Positions 11,828 to 22,453 of a stretch of DNA of 30,265 nucleotides are shown here, piece after piece (positions within the stretch are counted from its first letter, which is position 1; each line of letters opens with the position of its first letter). Where the stretch lies: assembly GCA_013265495.1 (NCBI GenBank), contig MU058252.1:684001-714265 (forward strand). The letters are read 5' to 3'. Made by a program: the position numbers and the translations under genes. The notes under the pieces were generated by a model. That model was not told where the DNA came from. It did not search any database and worked only from the letters and a program-made list of their open reading frames with translations. This DNA is from Vicugna vicugna. Taxonomy: Eukaryota.

Positions 11828-12110
11828 CAACCGCGGCGGCGGCGGCGGCGGTGGCTCCTGTGCTGCGATCGGCGGCGGCCGCGCCGGGGCAAAGCGGCAT
11901 CCAGGGGCGGGGCGGGCGGGCGCGGCTGCCTCGGCTCCTCGCTCGCGCGCCCAACCGCCCGGAACCGCCGTGCGGCCCCGCCCCCAAACACGCCCACGTG
12001 ACCGCGCCGCGCCGCCGGGCGCCCCCACCAGCGGCTGGCGTCAGCACCGCCCCCCCGCCGCGGTGGCCGCCCAAGCCCCCGCAACGCACGGGGGTGCGTC
12101 GGGCGGCGTT

Positions 12111-12182
12111 TTACTTTAAAGGGAAAAAGAAGGGATGCTGAGATGCCCCTGGAAAAGTCACGACTGAAACTCGCTGCGTCAT
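12111..12182 (-). other. uORF of 23 aa (MTQRVSVVTFPGASQHPFFFPLK*) in the RHEB leader
   Basis: ATG at 12182-12180 in GTCATGA context, open to TAA at 12113-12111. Translation is not demonstrated. Confidence 0.55.
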
Positions 12183-13851
12183 GACCCTCCCACCGTCTTC
12201 CGCCGCTTTTTAATTACGCCAGTTAGCGCCAAGCACTGATTGGACAGTTCCCACCCGCCCGCGAGATGACGCGACGGAAACTCCTTTTCCCATTGGGGGC
12301 GGTAAAGAGGCGGAGCCAGAGGTGGGGCTGCTTGCCCGGGAGCTAAAAATAAATTCCGACTGGGAGCGCGCGGTTGGGCGCCAGTGAGGTTTGAAGGCTT
12401 CGAACGTGGTAGGGTTTGGAGGCGGACGGGAGAAGCTTGGTCCCCCGTGATTGGTTCGATCGGGGTGGTGGGGCGGGGCAAGATGTGGACGGTGTGGTGA
12501 TTGGTGGAAAGCTGAGCGGTTGGTGGACCCGCGCCCGCTGAGCCCTTAAAAGGCGCGAGGCGCGTGGCGGTTGCTCGCTGGGCTGTTGGTTGGCTGGTTC
12601 CTTCTTCGGGTGTGGTTTTTTTTTTTTTTTTAAACCCCTTTGCTATATTGGCAGTAGTAAGTTTCGGTTTGAGACTGTAGGTTGTGACTAAGTATCATGC
12701 ATGGGTGAAGGACCGTGGGAATAATGGAATATGCGTTATTTCAAAATACTACGCATTTCATTAAAAAGTGTGTGCCTTCCCCGTTCTGCAACCCTGGGAT
12801 TTTGGGATCCCGCACACCTCATGGGAAATAGAGCAAGTTAACACATCTATAACTGTCAACACTTGGGTGGTTAATTAGGCAAACACCAGCCGCTGCTGGC
12901 TGAGAACTTTCCAGAACCGTCCTTCCAGCGGGGATTTAACACCGATGCGCTCGTGCTCCGGTGTGAGCCGACCTCCCCGGTGAGGGGACGCTGCTCTATT
13001 TCCCACAAAAGGCTTACTGACAACTCCCTTTACCAGTGAAGGACCGTTGAGGTGGCACCAGTGTTGGAGTGCAGTCAGGGACGCCAGCCCGGGAGGCTTG
13101 GGTCGTGCAAAAACAAGGTGAAAGCCAGGCCTGAGAAATGAGGATGCAGTTGGGGCTTTTCAGACACGAGGCTTACATCATGGTAGGTATTTTTGCCCAT
13201 GGGTAGTTGCTAGCAAAGCAGGTACCCACTGCTCCTACCAATGTCCCCTGTTGTCTTCGGGCTATTTGATAGTGTTGACCTGGGTGACTGAGTGGGACAA
13301 CCGCTCTCCGGTCATAGCCTGTCCCAGTGAGCACAGAAGAGGCAGCCCCAGGAAGCTAAGAAGCAGGACTGGATTCTGGGTATGAAGATTTAGAGGTGAC
13401 AGTCCCATAAATATGCCTTGTTGAGTGAGAACACTGATGTTAAGACAGAATCCTTCTACTATTCCGCTGACGTACTCACAGTAGAGGGGGAGTATCCTGG
13501 GGGTCTACAGATTGAAGCCCTAGGCCACCAACTGGAAGTGAGAACTGTGTTCAAAGTTGAATTTTATCTTAATGGATTTTTGCATTCTACTCTGGGTAAT
13601 TAGGTGAAATAATTAAAAAAAAATTCAGATCTTAAAGTGGACTCTCCAGGAAAAAGTATCCTTTTAATCCTGTGGATTTGTGTGCCCTCACCACAGTATT
13701 TTGAACTGATGATTCTAGACTCCCTGGTGGTTTGTGAAATAAGCTTGAGTGTTAACCTTTTTTCTTTTTTTAAACAGAAGAGCAGAATAGAAAATAGTAC
13801 CATTTATTGTTCCATGACACTCTTGCTGTATGTACATGTTTACAGATACGC

Positions 13852-13899
13852 TACATATATGTGTGTGTGTTTATATATATGTGTGTGTGTTTATATATA

Positions 13900-13930
<31 letters not shown>
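13852..13930. repeat. Compound (TG)n/(TA)n microsatellite with 20-bp higher-order unit
   Basis: gtgtgtgtgtttatatatat repeated about three times, ending in (TA)n. Confidence 0.9.
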
Positions 13931-14268
13931 GTTGTACTGAGTTCCATTATAAAATACATTTCTTACTGTGGGTTGCCTCAAAAACTTTGAAAGTACTGCC
14001 CAGCCTGGGAATTTCAGGAGTCCAGGCTGAGAAGTGCAGTTGTAATTGACAAATTCATTTGAGAAGTGTTCTGGTTGTATTGAAGCCCTTTAAGGCCAGA
14101 CCCAGGAGTTTTGAAGATTCCTTTATTCAAGAATGTGGAGAATTTCTTTGATTTAAGAAATGACTCAGATTACCTAAAATACTTGGGATTGATGGTATGA
14201 CTTGACATAGAAATAACTGATTGCAGCCAGATCTTACAGGAAATGTCCTTCCTTCTAAATTCAAAGTA

Positions 14269-14490
14269 CACTTGACTCTTGAACAACACCAGTTTGAACT
14301 GCAAGGTCGACTTTTACCCGGATTTTTTTCAATAGTAAATACTGTAGTGCTACACAATCCACGGGTGGTTGAATCTGTGGATGCCAAGTCATGCATACGG
14401 AGGATTCACAGCTCCAGGGGGTCATACTCGGATTTTCCACTAAGCAGAGCATCCACGCCCCTAACCCCTGGGTTGCTCAGGGATCAGTTG
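14269..14490 (+). mobile_element. Tigger2-derived MITE (MER8/Tigger2a-like), full length
   Basis: TIRs cacttgactcttgaacaac ... gttgctcagggatcagttg, flanked by TA at 14267-14268 and 14491-14492. Confidence 0.85.
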
Positions 14491-15504
14491 TAGTTCTGCT
14501 GATTGAGAACACTTGTTAACATTTTAAGCAGCAGGGACTTCTGCCACCAATCAATTTCTCCTGTGCGGATTCTGTTTATTCATGACTGCTTGGTCTGATG
14601 GCCTCTGCACGCTGCTTTCTCTCTGTGTGTCCTTCCATTTCCCTGGGAACTGGGGAGAGAATTCTGTCTCTTCCATTTAAATTCCAGAAAGAAGACACGA
14701 TGGGTTAAGCTAATTACATTACCATCATCTCTTGACTGAGGAGCTCATGCAAACCTGCAGGTTGGCCAGGTGAGCCTCTGCTGGCCCAAACCTCCTGTGT
14801 AGCTGGGTATGGCTGTTCATGGCACTTATTTGAACTGTTGGCTACTTTGAGATTGTATTGTGGGATGTCATTTCTGATTTCTAGTTTGAACTAATTCCTG
14901 GAGGTAATACACGAAACCTCTTTTTTTCTACATTGGGTTAGACTAGAGAAGAATGAAAACCACAGGTATGCTTGTTTTTGCTAAAAGCACATTTGTGAAA
15001 TTACTTCACCTTTTTACTTGTGAAAGGATGACCCGAAATGATAATAGGCATGAAAGTGTTTTGCTCTTGTGGTGCTTTATAAATAGTTATTGGAGGAAGA
15101 TGAAAAAAGAAAGAAACATCTTAATCTTGGTATAAGCCAAATCAGACTGATCTGTTATGCCTCACATAGCGTATTGTTAAAAAAGCTGATTTGGGGAGGC
15201 ATGCCAAAGCCATTTCATTGTGTGGTCTTAGGAATGAGAGGGCGATTTCCTGGCCAGGGCCTTGGTAGGCCTTTCCTCAGCATTCTGAGCAGGAGGCCAT
15301 TCTTGCGGAAGGCATGTCTCTGACTTACACTGGGATGAAAGAACTTTTTTCTGACACCAGGGGTGAGCCTGGCCCAGACTCTGAGGTGTGGAGTTTCAGA
15401 GTGCTCCCAGGAGTGGGAAGTGGAGTGGGCCGTGTGTGAGGGCGATGTTGGCTCAGGTCTGAGGACAGGTCTGGGCATCTGCAGTAGTTGTAGATTGTTC
15501 TCAG

Positions 15505-15898
15505 TGTTAGGGGTTGAATTCGTGTCCCCTACAGAGATGTGTTGAAGTCCCAGCCCTCTCAGAGTGTAATCTTATTTGGAAATAGAGCTGTTGCTGATGT
15601 CATTAGTTAAGATGAGGATATACTGGAGTAGGGTGGGCCCTACTCCAGTATGACTGGTGTCTTCATAAAAAGAGGAGTCACAGACACACATGGCTTCGGC
15701 CATGTGAAGATGGAGGCAGAGCCACAGTGATGCTGCCACACGCCAAGGAGCACCTTGGGCCCTGGGGAGCTGGAAGAGGCCAGGAAGCATCCTCCCCAGA
15801 GGCTTCCGAGAGAGCCTGGCCCTGCTGCCCTCTGCAGGGAGGACTTTGGACTTGTGGCTCCCACAACTTTGTTAACAGCAGCCCTAGGAAACCAACCC
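15505..15898 (+). mobile_element. ERVL-MaLR solo LTR (MLT1B/C-like)
   Basis: tgttaggggttgaatt...cttatttggaaatag...gttaagatgagg...atgactggtgtc...cagcagccctaggaaac. Confidence 0.85.
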
Positions 15899-17059
15899 AT
15901 CAGCTGTCCTCAAATGGTCAGTCCAGTTTCATTTAAAGTTTGAATCTAGTTTCTGCTGGGCTTTGGGTAACAAATTAGCCTTCTTCCCGACACCCCAAGC
16001 CGGAGTGGGCCTAGTGGGCATGTTCACCAGCAGAGTGAGTCTCCTGGGGGCCCTGGTGGTCGTCAGGCGTGATGGCCGGCGCAGGATACCTGTTCCTAAG
16101 GGCCTGCACCTGTGGGATGCTCAGCAGAAGGGGAATCAGTTCCTCCAGATGAAACGGGCGATGGCTTGTGGCAATGAGGCTTTGATTACACTTGCTCCTC
16201 ACATGTGCCTTAGATGCGGCATTTAGTCACAGTGTTCATAAGCCACTGGAAGTTGTAATTACCATTTGAGGGGCATAGTCACTGTTGGTTCTTCCTGCTG
16301 TGTGAAGAGTTCTGTGTTGGCTTTTATCCAGCATGTTGGGATCTGGGGAGTTTCAACCATTGGTGTGTAGGGGCAAAAAAGAACTTCTTGTGTGGGTGTG
16401 TGTTTAACAGTTTTTAAAAATAAAATAATTGAGCTTTGCTAATTTGTACTATATGGATTGACTATGGCAGCCTCATGGCCTTGTCACAGACGGTGACATC
16501 ATGACTGGGACAAGAGGTGTCCTAAAAGGTGTCCTGGTTGGGTGTCCACACCAGGGAGAGGCCAGCATCGTTGCCGTCACTGGTTAGCGTGCAGAATGTT
16601 ACATTGCCATTCACATGCCTGGTTTTGAGGAATTAAAGAATGTATTAACCAAGTTCTGCTAAACTAAATCTCACAAAATGGTCATGGGTCTTAAAATATT
16701 TCCTTCAAAGAAACCGTGGATTAATGATGAGAATAAGAATGCACTGTAAGCAGACACTAAGAAAAATAGCGCAGCTGCAACCTTTTCTGTCATGAGCTCT
16801 TGGCCAGCTGCATTAAAAGGATAATGTGATAATATAATTATGTCTTACTAGAAAATGACCAAACATTTTTTACAGAAAGGTAAAAATTGACAAGAGCATT
16901 TAAAATATAAATTCACATCCACTGTCATTAATGATGACTAAATGCAGTTACACTTTGATATTAGCTAATAATGTATTGAATATCCCTTAACAAAGAGTGA
17001 GACTTAAAACCTAAGTGTCCACAACACTAAGGTAGACTTTACCAATTTTCCTGCAACTT

Positions 17060-17460
17060 TTTTTTTTCTTGGAAATTTCAAGTATATGTAAAACAGAGTA
17101 CAAAGTACTGTGAACCCAGGCCCATTCCCTGCTTCATTCAGTGTTTAGAGTCTTGGGCAGTCCTGTTTCCTGCTACCCATTTCCCCACCTACTCAGCGAT
17201 TATTTTGAAGTAAATTCTAGATAACATACCATTTCATAAGTATTTCAATAGCTTCTTTGAAGGATGACTGTTTAAAAAATAGCACATGCCATTTTTACTG
17301 AAAACAGATAACCAATGAAGGAATCTTTAATACCACCAAATATCCAGACTATTTAGATGTCTCTTAATGCTTTGTAATTTTCTTTTGTGGGTTTTTTTGG
17401 TTTATATCAGTGTCTAAAGTCCATATGATGCAGTGCATATGGTTGCTGTATCTCCTAAGT
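17060..17460 (-). mobile_element. Old L1 (L1ME-like) 3' fragment
   Basis: Antisense L1ME-type 3'UTR motifs (ggaaatttcaagtatat; gattattttgaagtaaattctaga). Confidence 0.5.
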
Positions 17461-17461
17461 C

Positions 17462-18100
17462 TTTTTTTTAAAAATAAATTTTATTTTTTAGAATAGTTTT
17501 AGGTGTACAGAAAAATTGAGATGCTACTATAGAGAATTCCCACATGCCCGGTACCCAGTTCCCCCCACTGGTAACATCCCTACATTAGTGTGGTGTTATT
17601 TGTTACAATTAATTAACCAATACTGATGCATTATAATTAGCTAAAGCTGATACATTATTTAAATTTCCTCAGTTTTCCCTAACGTCGTTTTTCTGACGCA
17701 GGGTCCCATCCAGGACACCACATTACATTTAGTCGTCATGTCCCCTTAGGCTCTTCTTGGATGTGACCATTTCTCAGACTTCTTTTGTTTTTGATGACGT
17801 TGAAAGTTTGAGGAGTGCCGGTCAGGTGTTTTGTAGTTTGTTCCTCAGTTGGGATTTGTCTGATGTTTTTCTCAGGTTGAGGCTGGGAGGTGAGCTTTTG
17901 GGAGGAAACCAGAGGTAGGGTGCCATTTTCATCACATCACATCAGGTGCCTCCTGTCGACATCACCTGCCGCTGTGGTGTTGATTTGGTCACCTGTCTGA
18001 GGTGGCAGCTGTTAGCTTCTCCACTGCTCAGTGGCTTTTGTTGCTCCCTTTGCAGGCTGCCCGCTCTGGGAGGAGGTCACCGTGTGCAGCCCTCACGGAC
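17462..18100 (-). mobile_element. L1MC-like 3' end
   Basis: tagaatagttttaggtgtacagaaaaattgag...catccaggacaccacattacatttagtcgtcatg. Confidence 0.75.
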
Positions 18101-18210
18101 CGGGGCGCCAGGCTTTACCCTGGTTTCCTTCTGCCTAAGAATTTCCCTGAGCAATTCTTTTAGTCCCCTGGCAACAAATTCAACATTTATTTATCTGAAA
18201 ATTGTTTTTA

Positions 18211-18925
18211 TTCATTTAACTTTTTATTTTGAAATAACTATTGAGTAACAGGTAGTATCAAAAATAGTGCAGAGAGGTCCTGCCATCCTCCTGACGGTAA
18301 CATCTTACATAAATGTGTTACTGACCTGGGTTCTAGGACTCTAATCAATAGAAATTGATAAGAGGCCAGACGAGGAACTCAGGCAAGGCATTATTGGGGT
18401 TCGTGCTGCAGCAGGAGGGAGCAAGAACAAGAAACAGGTGCCCTTCCTCGGTACCTTAGATGGGGTGATGGTGGGGGCAGGTCCACCTAAGCTGCCCCGC
18501 CCACCCCCTTGGTGGTGCTGTGCGCAGGGATCACGCTCAGGACCCTGCTTTTGCTCCTCAGAAGTGGCATTTGGGTTTTGGCTTTTTTGTATCTGTTGTT
18601 CCTAATCTGTCCCAACTGGGCATGTGTGCAGTTATTTTTAGTCCCTTATAGTTTCTTTGTATTCTGTTGCTGGAGGAGACATTTGACCAGGTGTAAGCAC
18701 TGCAGCAAAGGGTCCCCCAGGTCCTATAGCCTGTCTCAGATGTAGCCAAGAAATTGAAATTGGCACAATCCACAGAACTCAGAGTTCACCATTTTACATG
18801 CACTCATTTGCGTGTGTGTGTAGTTCTATTCAGTTTTACTGCACATGTGGATTTACGTAACCAAACCACAATCAAAATACAGAGCTGTCCCACCACCACA
18901 AAGATCTTCCTCATGCTATTCTTCT
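18211..18925 (-). mobile_element. L1MD-like 3' fragment split by an LTR
   Basis: ttttattttgaaataa...atagtgcagagaggtcc...ggtaacatcttacataa [LTR] ...gaaattgaaattggcacaatccacag...accacaatcaaaatacagag. Confidence 0.65.
18316..18738 (-). mobile_element. ERV1 solo LTR, MER41-like (artiodactyl type)
   Basis: TG...CA termini. Minus strand starts TGAGACAGGCT...GGACCCTTTGCTGCAGTGCTTACACCTGG and ends ...GGTCAGTAACA. Flanks aatg/gatg form an imperfect 4-bp TSD. Confidence 0.75.
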
Positions 18926-19700
18926 TTTCCTCTTCATTTTTGAAAGTTTTTTTTTTTGCTGAATATAGAATTTTAGGTAGTCAGTGGTGTGTGTGTGTAA
19001 AGATGTTCCATTTTCTTCTGCCTGTGTTTTTTTCTGATGAGAAATCAGCTATAATCTTGTTAGTTCCTTTATATAATATGTTCCCTGCCACCTATCTGCT
19101 TGTAAGATTTTGTCTTTATTTTTGGTGTTTAGAGTTTGACTATGATGTGTGTAGTTTCCTTTGCTTTTATGGTGTCTAGGGTTTCCCGAGCTTCGGTTTG
19201 TGAGTTACTGGTTTTGGTCCAATTTGGAAAGCCTCCCAGTCAACATTTCTTCAAGTATTTTTTCCTGCCCCATTCTCTCTCTTTGGTTCTGAGACTCCAA
19301 TTTCACACATATTAGACTGTTTGATAGCTTTCTACCAGTCACTAAGACTCTGTTTATTCTTTTCTCTATTTTTCCAATTTCTAGTTTAATAATTAAAAAA
19401 AATTGGATAACATGTTTTTCAGTTCTAGGATTCCCATTTGATTCTATTTTGTAGTTTCCATCTCTCTCCTGAAGTCCTCCCATCTCTACCAAACATCCCC
19501 ATGTAGATTCTTTACCAGACGTATTATAATTAAAATCTTTGTCTCCTAGTTGTAATATCTTGGTCATTCATAGGTCTGCTTTTATTGAATGACTTTTCTC
19601 TTGGTTATAGGTCATTTTTTTCTTTTCATATCTAGTAGTTTATATTTCATAATGGGAATTATGGATGAAATGTTTAAAAGTTCTGGATTCTGTATCTTTT
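18926..19700 (-). mobile_element. Old L1 ORF1-region fragment (continues the piece at 18110-18210)
   Basis: gctgaatatagaattttagg; tctgatgagaaatcagct. The minus ORF 19205-19567 has L1 ORF1p-like residues (EKILEEMLTGRLSKL). Confidence 0.7.
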
Positions 19701-19704
19701 TTTG

Positions 19705-20610
19705 AAGCCAATTTAGTTTTGAGTTGTATTTGTATGTGGTGAAAGGTATGGATCAAAGTTTCTATTATTTTTTACACATGAATATCCAATTGTTCCAGCA
19801 CCATGTGTTGAAAAGACTCTTCTTTCTCCACAGAATTTCTTTTGCATCTTTGTCAGAATTCAGTTGCCCACGTGTGTGGTTCTATTTCTGGACGCTCTTC
19901 TGTTTTGTTGATATGTTTGTATGTCATTACATCAACACTATATTGTCTTGATTATTGTAGCTTTATAATTTTGACATCAGGTAGTTTTATCCCTTGTTCT
20001 TTTTCAAAGTTGTTGTGGCTAATCTAAGACCTTTACATTTTCAAATGCATTTTAGAATCAGTTCATCGGTTTCTACAAAAAGCCTGCTGGGATTCTGATT
20101 GGCATTGTTTTCAGTCTATAATCAATTTTGGGAGGAATTACATTTTAGGCGTACTGAGTCTTCTGTCCCTGGGTATCACTCCCCTTACTTAGGTCTTCAT
20201 TAATTTGCTCAGCAGTATTTAGTACTTTTCAGTGTACAGGCTATACATAATCTTTTATTCAGTTTACTCTCAGTAGTTCATATTTTGATGCTATTATAAA
20301 TGGGATTTAAAATTTTCAATTTTCGATTGCTTGTTGCCTGTATACAGAAATACAATTGATTTTTGTTTATTTATTTCTTATCCTAAGACATTGCTAAACT
20401 CACTAGTTTTAGTAGATTTTTTGTAGACTCCATTGGCTTTTCTATGTAGGTAATCATGTATTTACTCGTTGCTTTCATTTTTGGACACTTAATATAATTT
20501 TCTTGCCTTATTGCACCACGATGCTGAATAGAACTGGTGAGAGCAGATATCCCTGTCTTGTCCTTGATCTTAGGGGGCAAGCAGTCCAAATTTCACCGTT
20601 AAGTGTGGTG
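19705..20610 (-). mobile_element. L1 ORF2 fragment
   Basis: atccaattgttccagcaccatgtgttgaaaagac; cctgctgggattctgattgg; ttgtccttgatcttaggggg. Confidence 0.8.
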
Positions 20611-22453
20611 TTTATTTGCTTGAGGATAAGATACAGTTGGTTCAGACTCTCATACCATAGCAAGAGATGTTCATATCTTAAATCATTATGAAAAAAGAAA
20701 TGTTGATAGGTATGCCAGATTTATTCCAGAAATGGCCTATCAGCAAGGCAAGGACTTGAGTTCTGAATGAGCACCGCGGGTTTGAATTCCTGCGCTGCTT
20801 CCTAGAATCTGCACAGCCCTGAACAAGCCATGTGCCTCCGGGGCCCATGGATGAAGCTGGGTGAGCCAACGCATGGGGAGGCTTAGCCATCTCGTCCCTT
20901 TACTTTGCCTGCCTTCTCTTCTCTTTTGGGATTGGTTTAAATGCTTGATTCTGTCCTCATTGTGGCGTACAGTATATATGGTATAGCACCGAATATAAAG
21001 TTTCCCTTTAACCTTCCTTTCAAATTATTCTATGACGTTTACTTTCCCCTGAATTCTTTCATAATAGCAGTTCACTTCTTGTGACTTGTTCTTTAACGTG
21101 GTTTAAGATTTTATTTCCAAGGAAAGGCCAACCTTTCCTTTGATTTTGATTGAGGAAAGATTAGCTACACAAGTCTTTAGAAATTAAAGCGAGTCAACAA
21201 AACACAAACATGAAGGGAGTATAGAAGCTTCCCTGAACTCAAAGGTTCCTGTCCCAGAACCTCTAAAGTTGGTAGGGCGCTTACTGCTCAGCCTTGAAGG
21301 AGGTATCCTTGAAGAAAAGAAAACCAACTACAGTAGTTAAGTGGAGAGAGGAACAGCCAGCTGGAGACACACCAATGAAACAGAGGCAGCTCTTGGCTGG
21401 AGGAAGAAAGCAGTCTGACCTCAGTGTGCTGTGCAGAGGTCTCCCCTGAACTGGGCAGAGCCAGGCTTGGTTCTTAAGTCTTCTTTGTTAGTCGGATGTC
21501 AGCATGAAGTCAGGGTCAAAAAGGAAACTTACAAAATGGATTGGGTGTTTTAATAAAAAAGATGATCTGCTTAGATAAACTACCAGAAAGAAGCTGCCGA
21601 GGCCTGGGCGTAGCGGGAGAGGGCGAGATGCTATGTGATCTGACGTTGGCACCTAGGAGTGGCCATGACACCGAGCCTCTGTCTTCATTGTACCAGAACT
21701 AGGTGTCCTTGGGCTCTGGTCGCAAAAGGCATCCAGTGATTGGGATGCAGGTTTTCCAGGGAGGGAGACACAAGGTTGAAGTCAGAGCTGGTGTTTCAGC
21801 GAGTTTTCCTGTGTCTGATTTGTGAGATGGAGGTCAGCAGTTCAGGCGCAGAGATGTCTAGAGAACAGGGTACCTGATTTTTTCCCTCAGCCTTCTTGCG
21901 GGAAGGAACCTCAGCTTGCTTTGAGAGCTGAGTGTTTGTACTGTGCCCGTGCTTAAGTTGATGTCTAAAGGTAAATTTTAATGCAAGTGTTTATTTAGCC
22001 CAAGAAATAAATGATAAGGTGATCCACAGTGAGATGGAATTTTCAGGGTCTCCTGTGAAGGTGTGTTAAGCATGCTCCATGTGTGGAGTTGCAGCTGTGC
22101 CAGCTTTGATGGTGATTTTATGTGAAAAACAAACAAACAAAAAATCTAGCCTGTTCTAGATTTCTTTGTGATAATAAAATAATTCCATAAAATTGACTTT
22201 CCAAGTGTTTCCCTGTGGGTAGGAATTTTCTCCTGAGAGTGCTATTATGCAAAGCCGGATTCCCTTTTTGGTAAAAATGCTCTGGAAGGTAATGGGACAA
22301 GGGTCAAATGGACCCATAGAATTCACCCGTGGATTATTTCAATTGTTTCCTTTCCCAGAAAGGCTGCTTGCTGAGTTTTTCTTCCAAAAACAGGTGGATT
22401 TATTTAGGAAGTAACAGATGTAACCAAAATACCAAGAAGATTCTAATTAAGGG

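Larger units (their letters stand above)
11794..12220 (-). other. RHEB: RHEB exon 1 5'UTR (long form)
   Basis: Minus strand from 12220 reads GGCGTAATTAAAAAGCGGCGGAAGACGGTGGGAGGGTCATGACGCAGCGAGTTTCAGTCGTGACTTTTC, near-identical to the recalled 5' end of human RHEB mRNA. The exact TSS is not determinable from sequence. Confidence 0.8.
11560..12620. promoter_or_regulatory. CpG island / RHEB promoter
   Basis: Very high GC and CpG density. GC boxes (e.g. 12470-12479), four CCAAT boxes (ATTGG at 12239, 12292, 12450, 12500), half-CRE sites (CGTCA 12177-12181, TGACG 12267-12271), E-box CACGTG 11995-12000, and minus-strand TATA-like TAATTAAAAA 12216-12207. Confidence 0.92.

Noticed and set aside
11553..12141. 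Long overlapping ORFs (178-185 aa) on both strands, and the 73-aa MPQLRRRR ORF
   Set aside because: Low-complexity Gly/Ala/Arg/Pro ORFs are expected from stop-codon scarcity in a CpG island. The 73-aa ORF exists only because of the exon-1 break.
11784..12220. RHEB processed pseudogene
   Set aside because: No joined downstream exons or poly(A). The intact CpG promoter and PRKAG2 synteny indicate the parental locus.
13637..14049. 117-aa and 80-aa hydrophobic ORFs
   Set aside because: They read through the TG/TA microsatellite (VCVYIY repeats) and have no coding signature.
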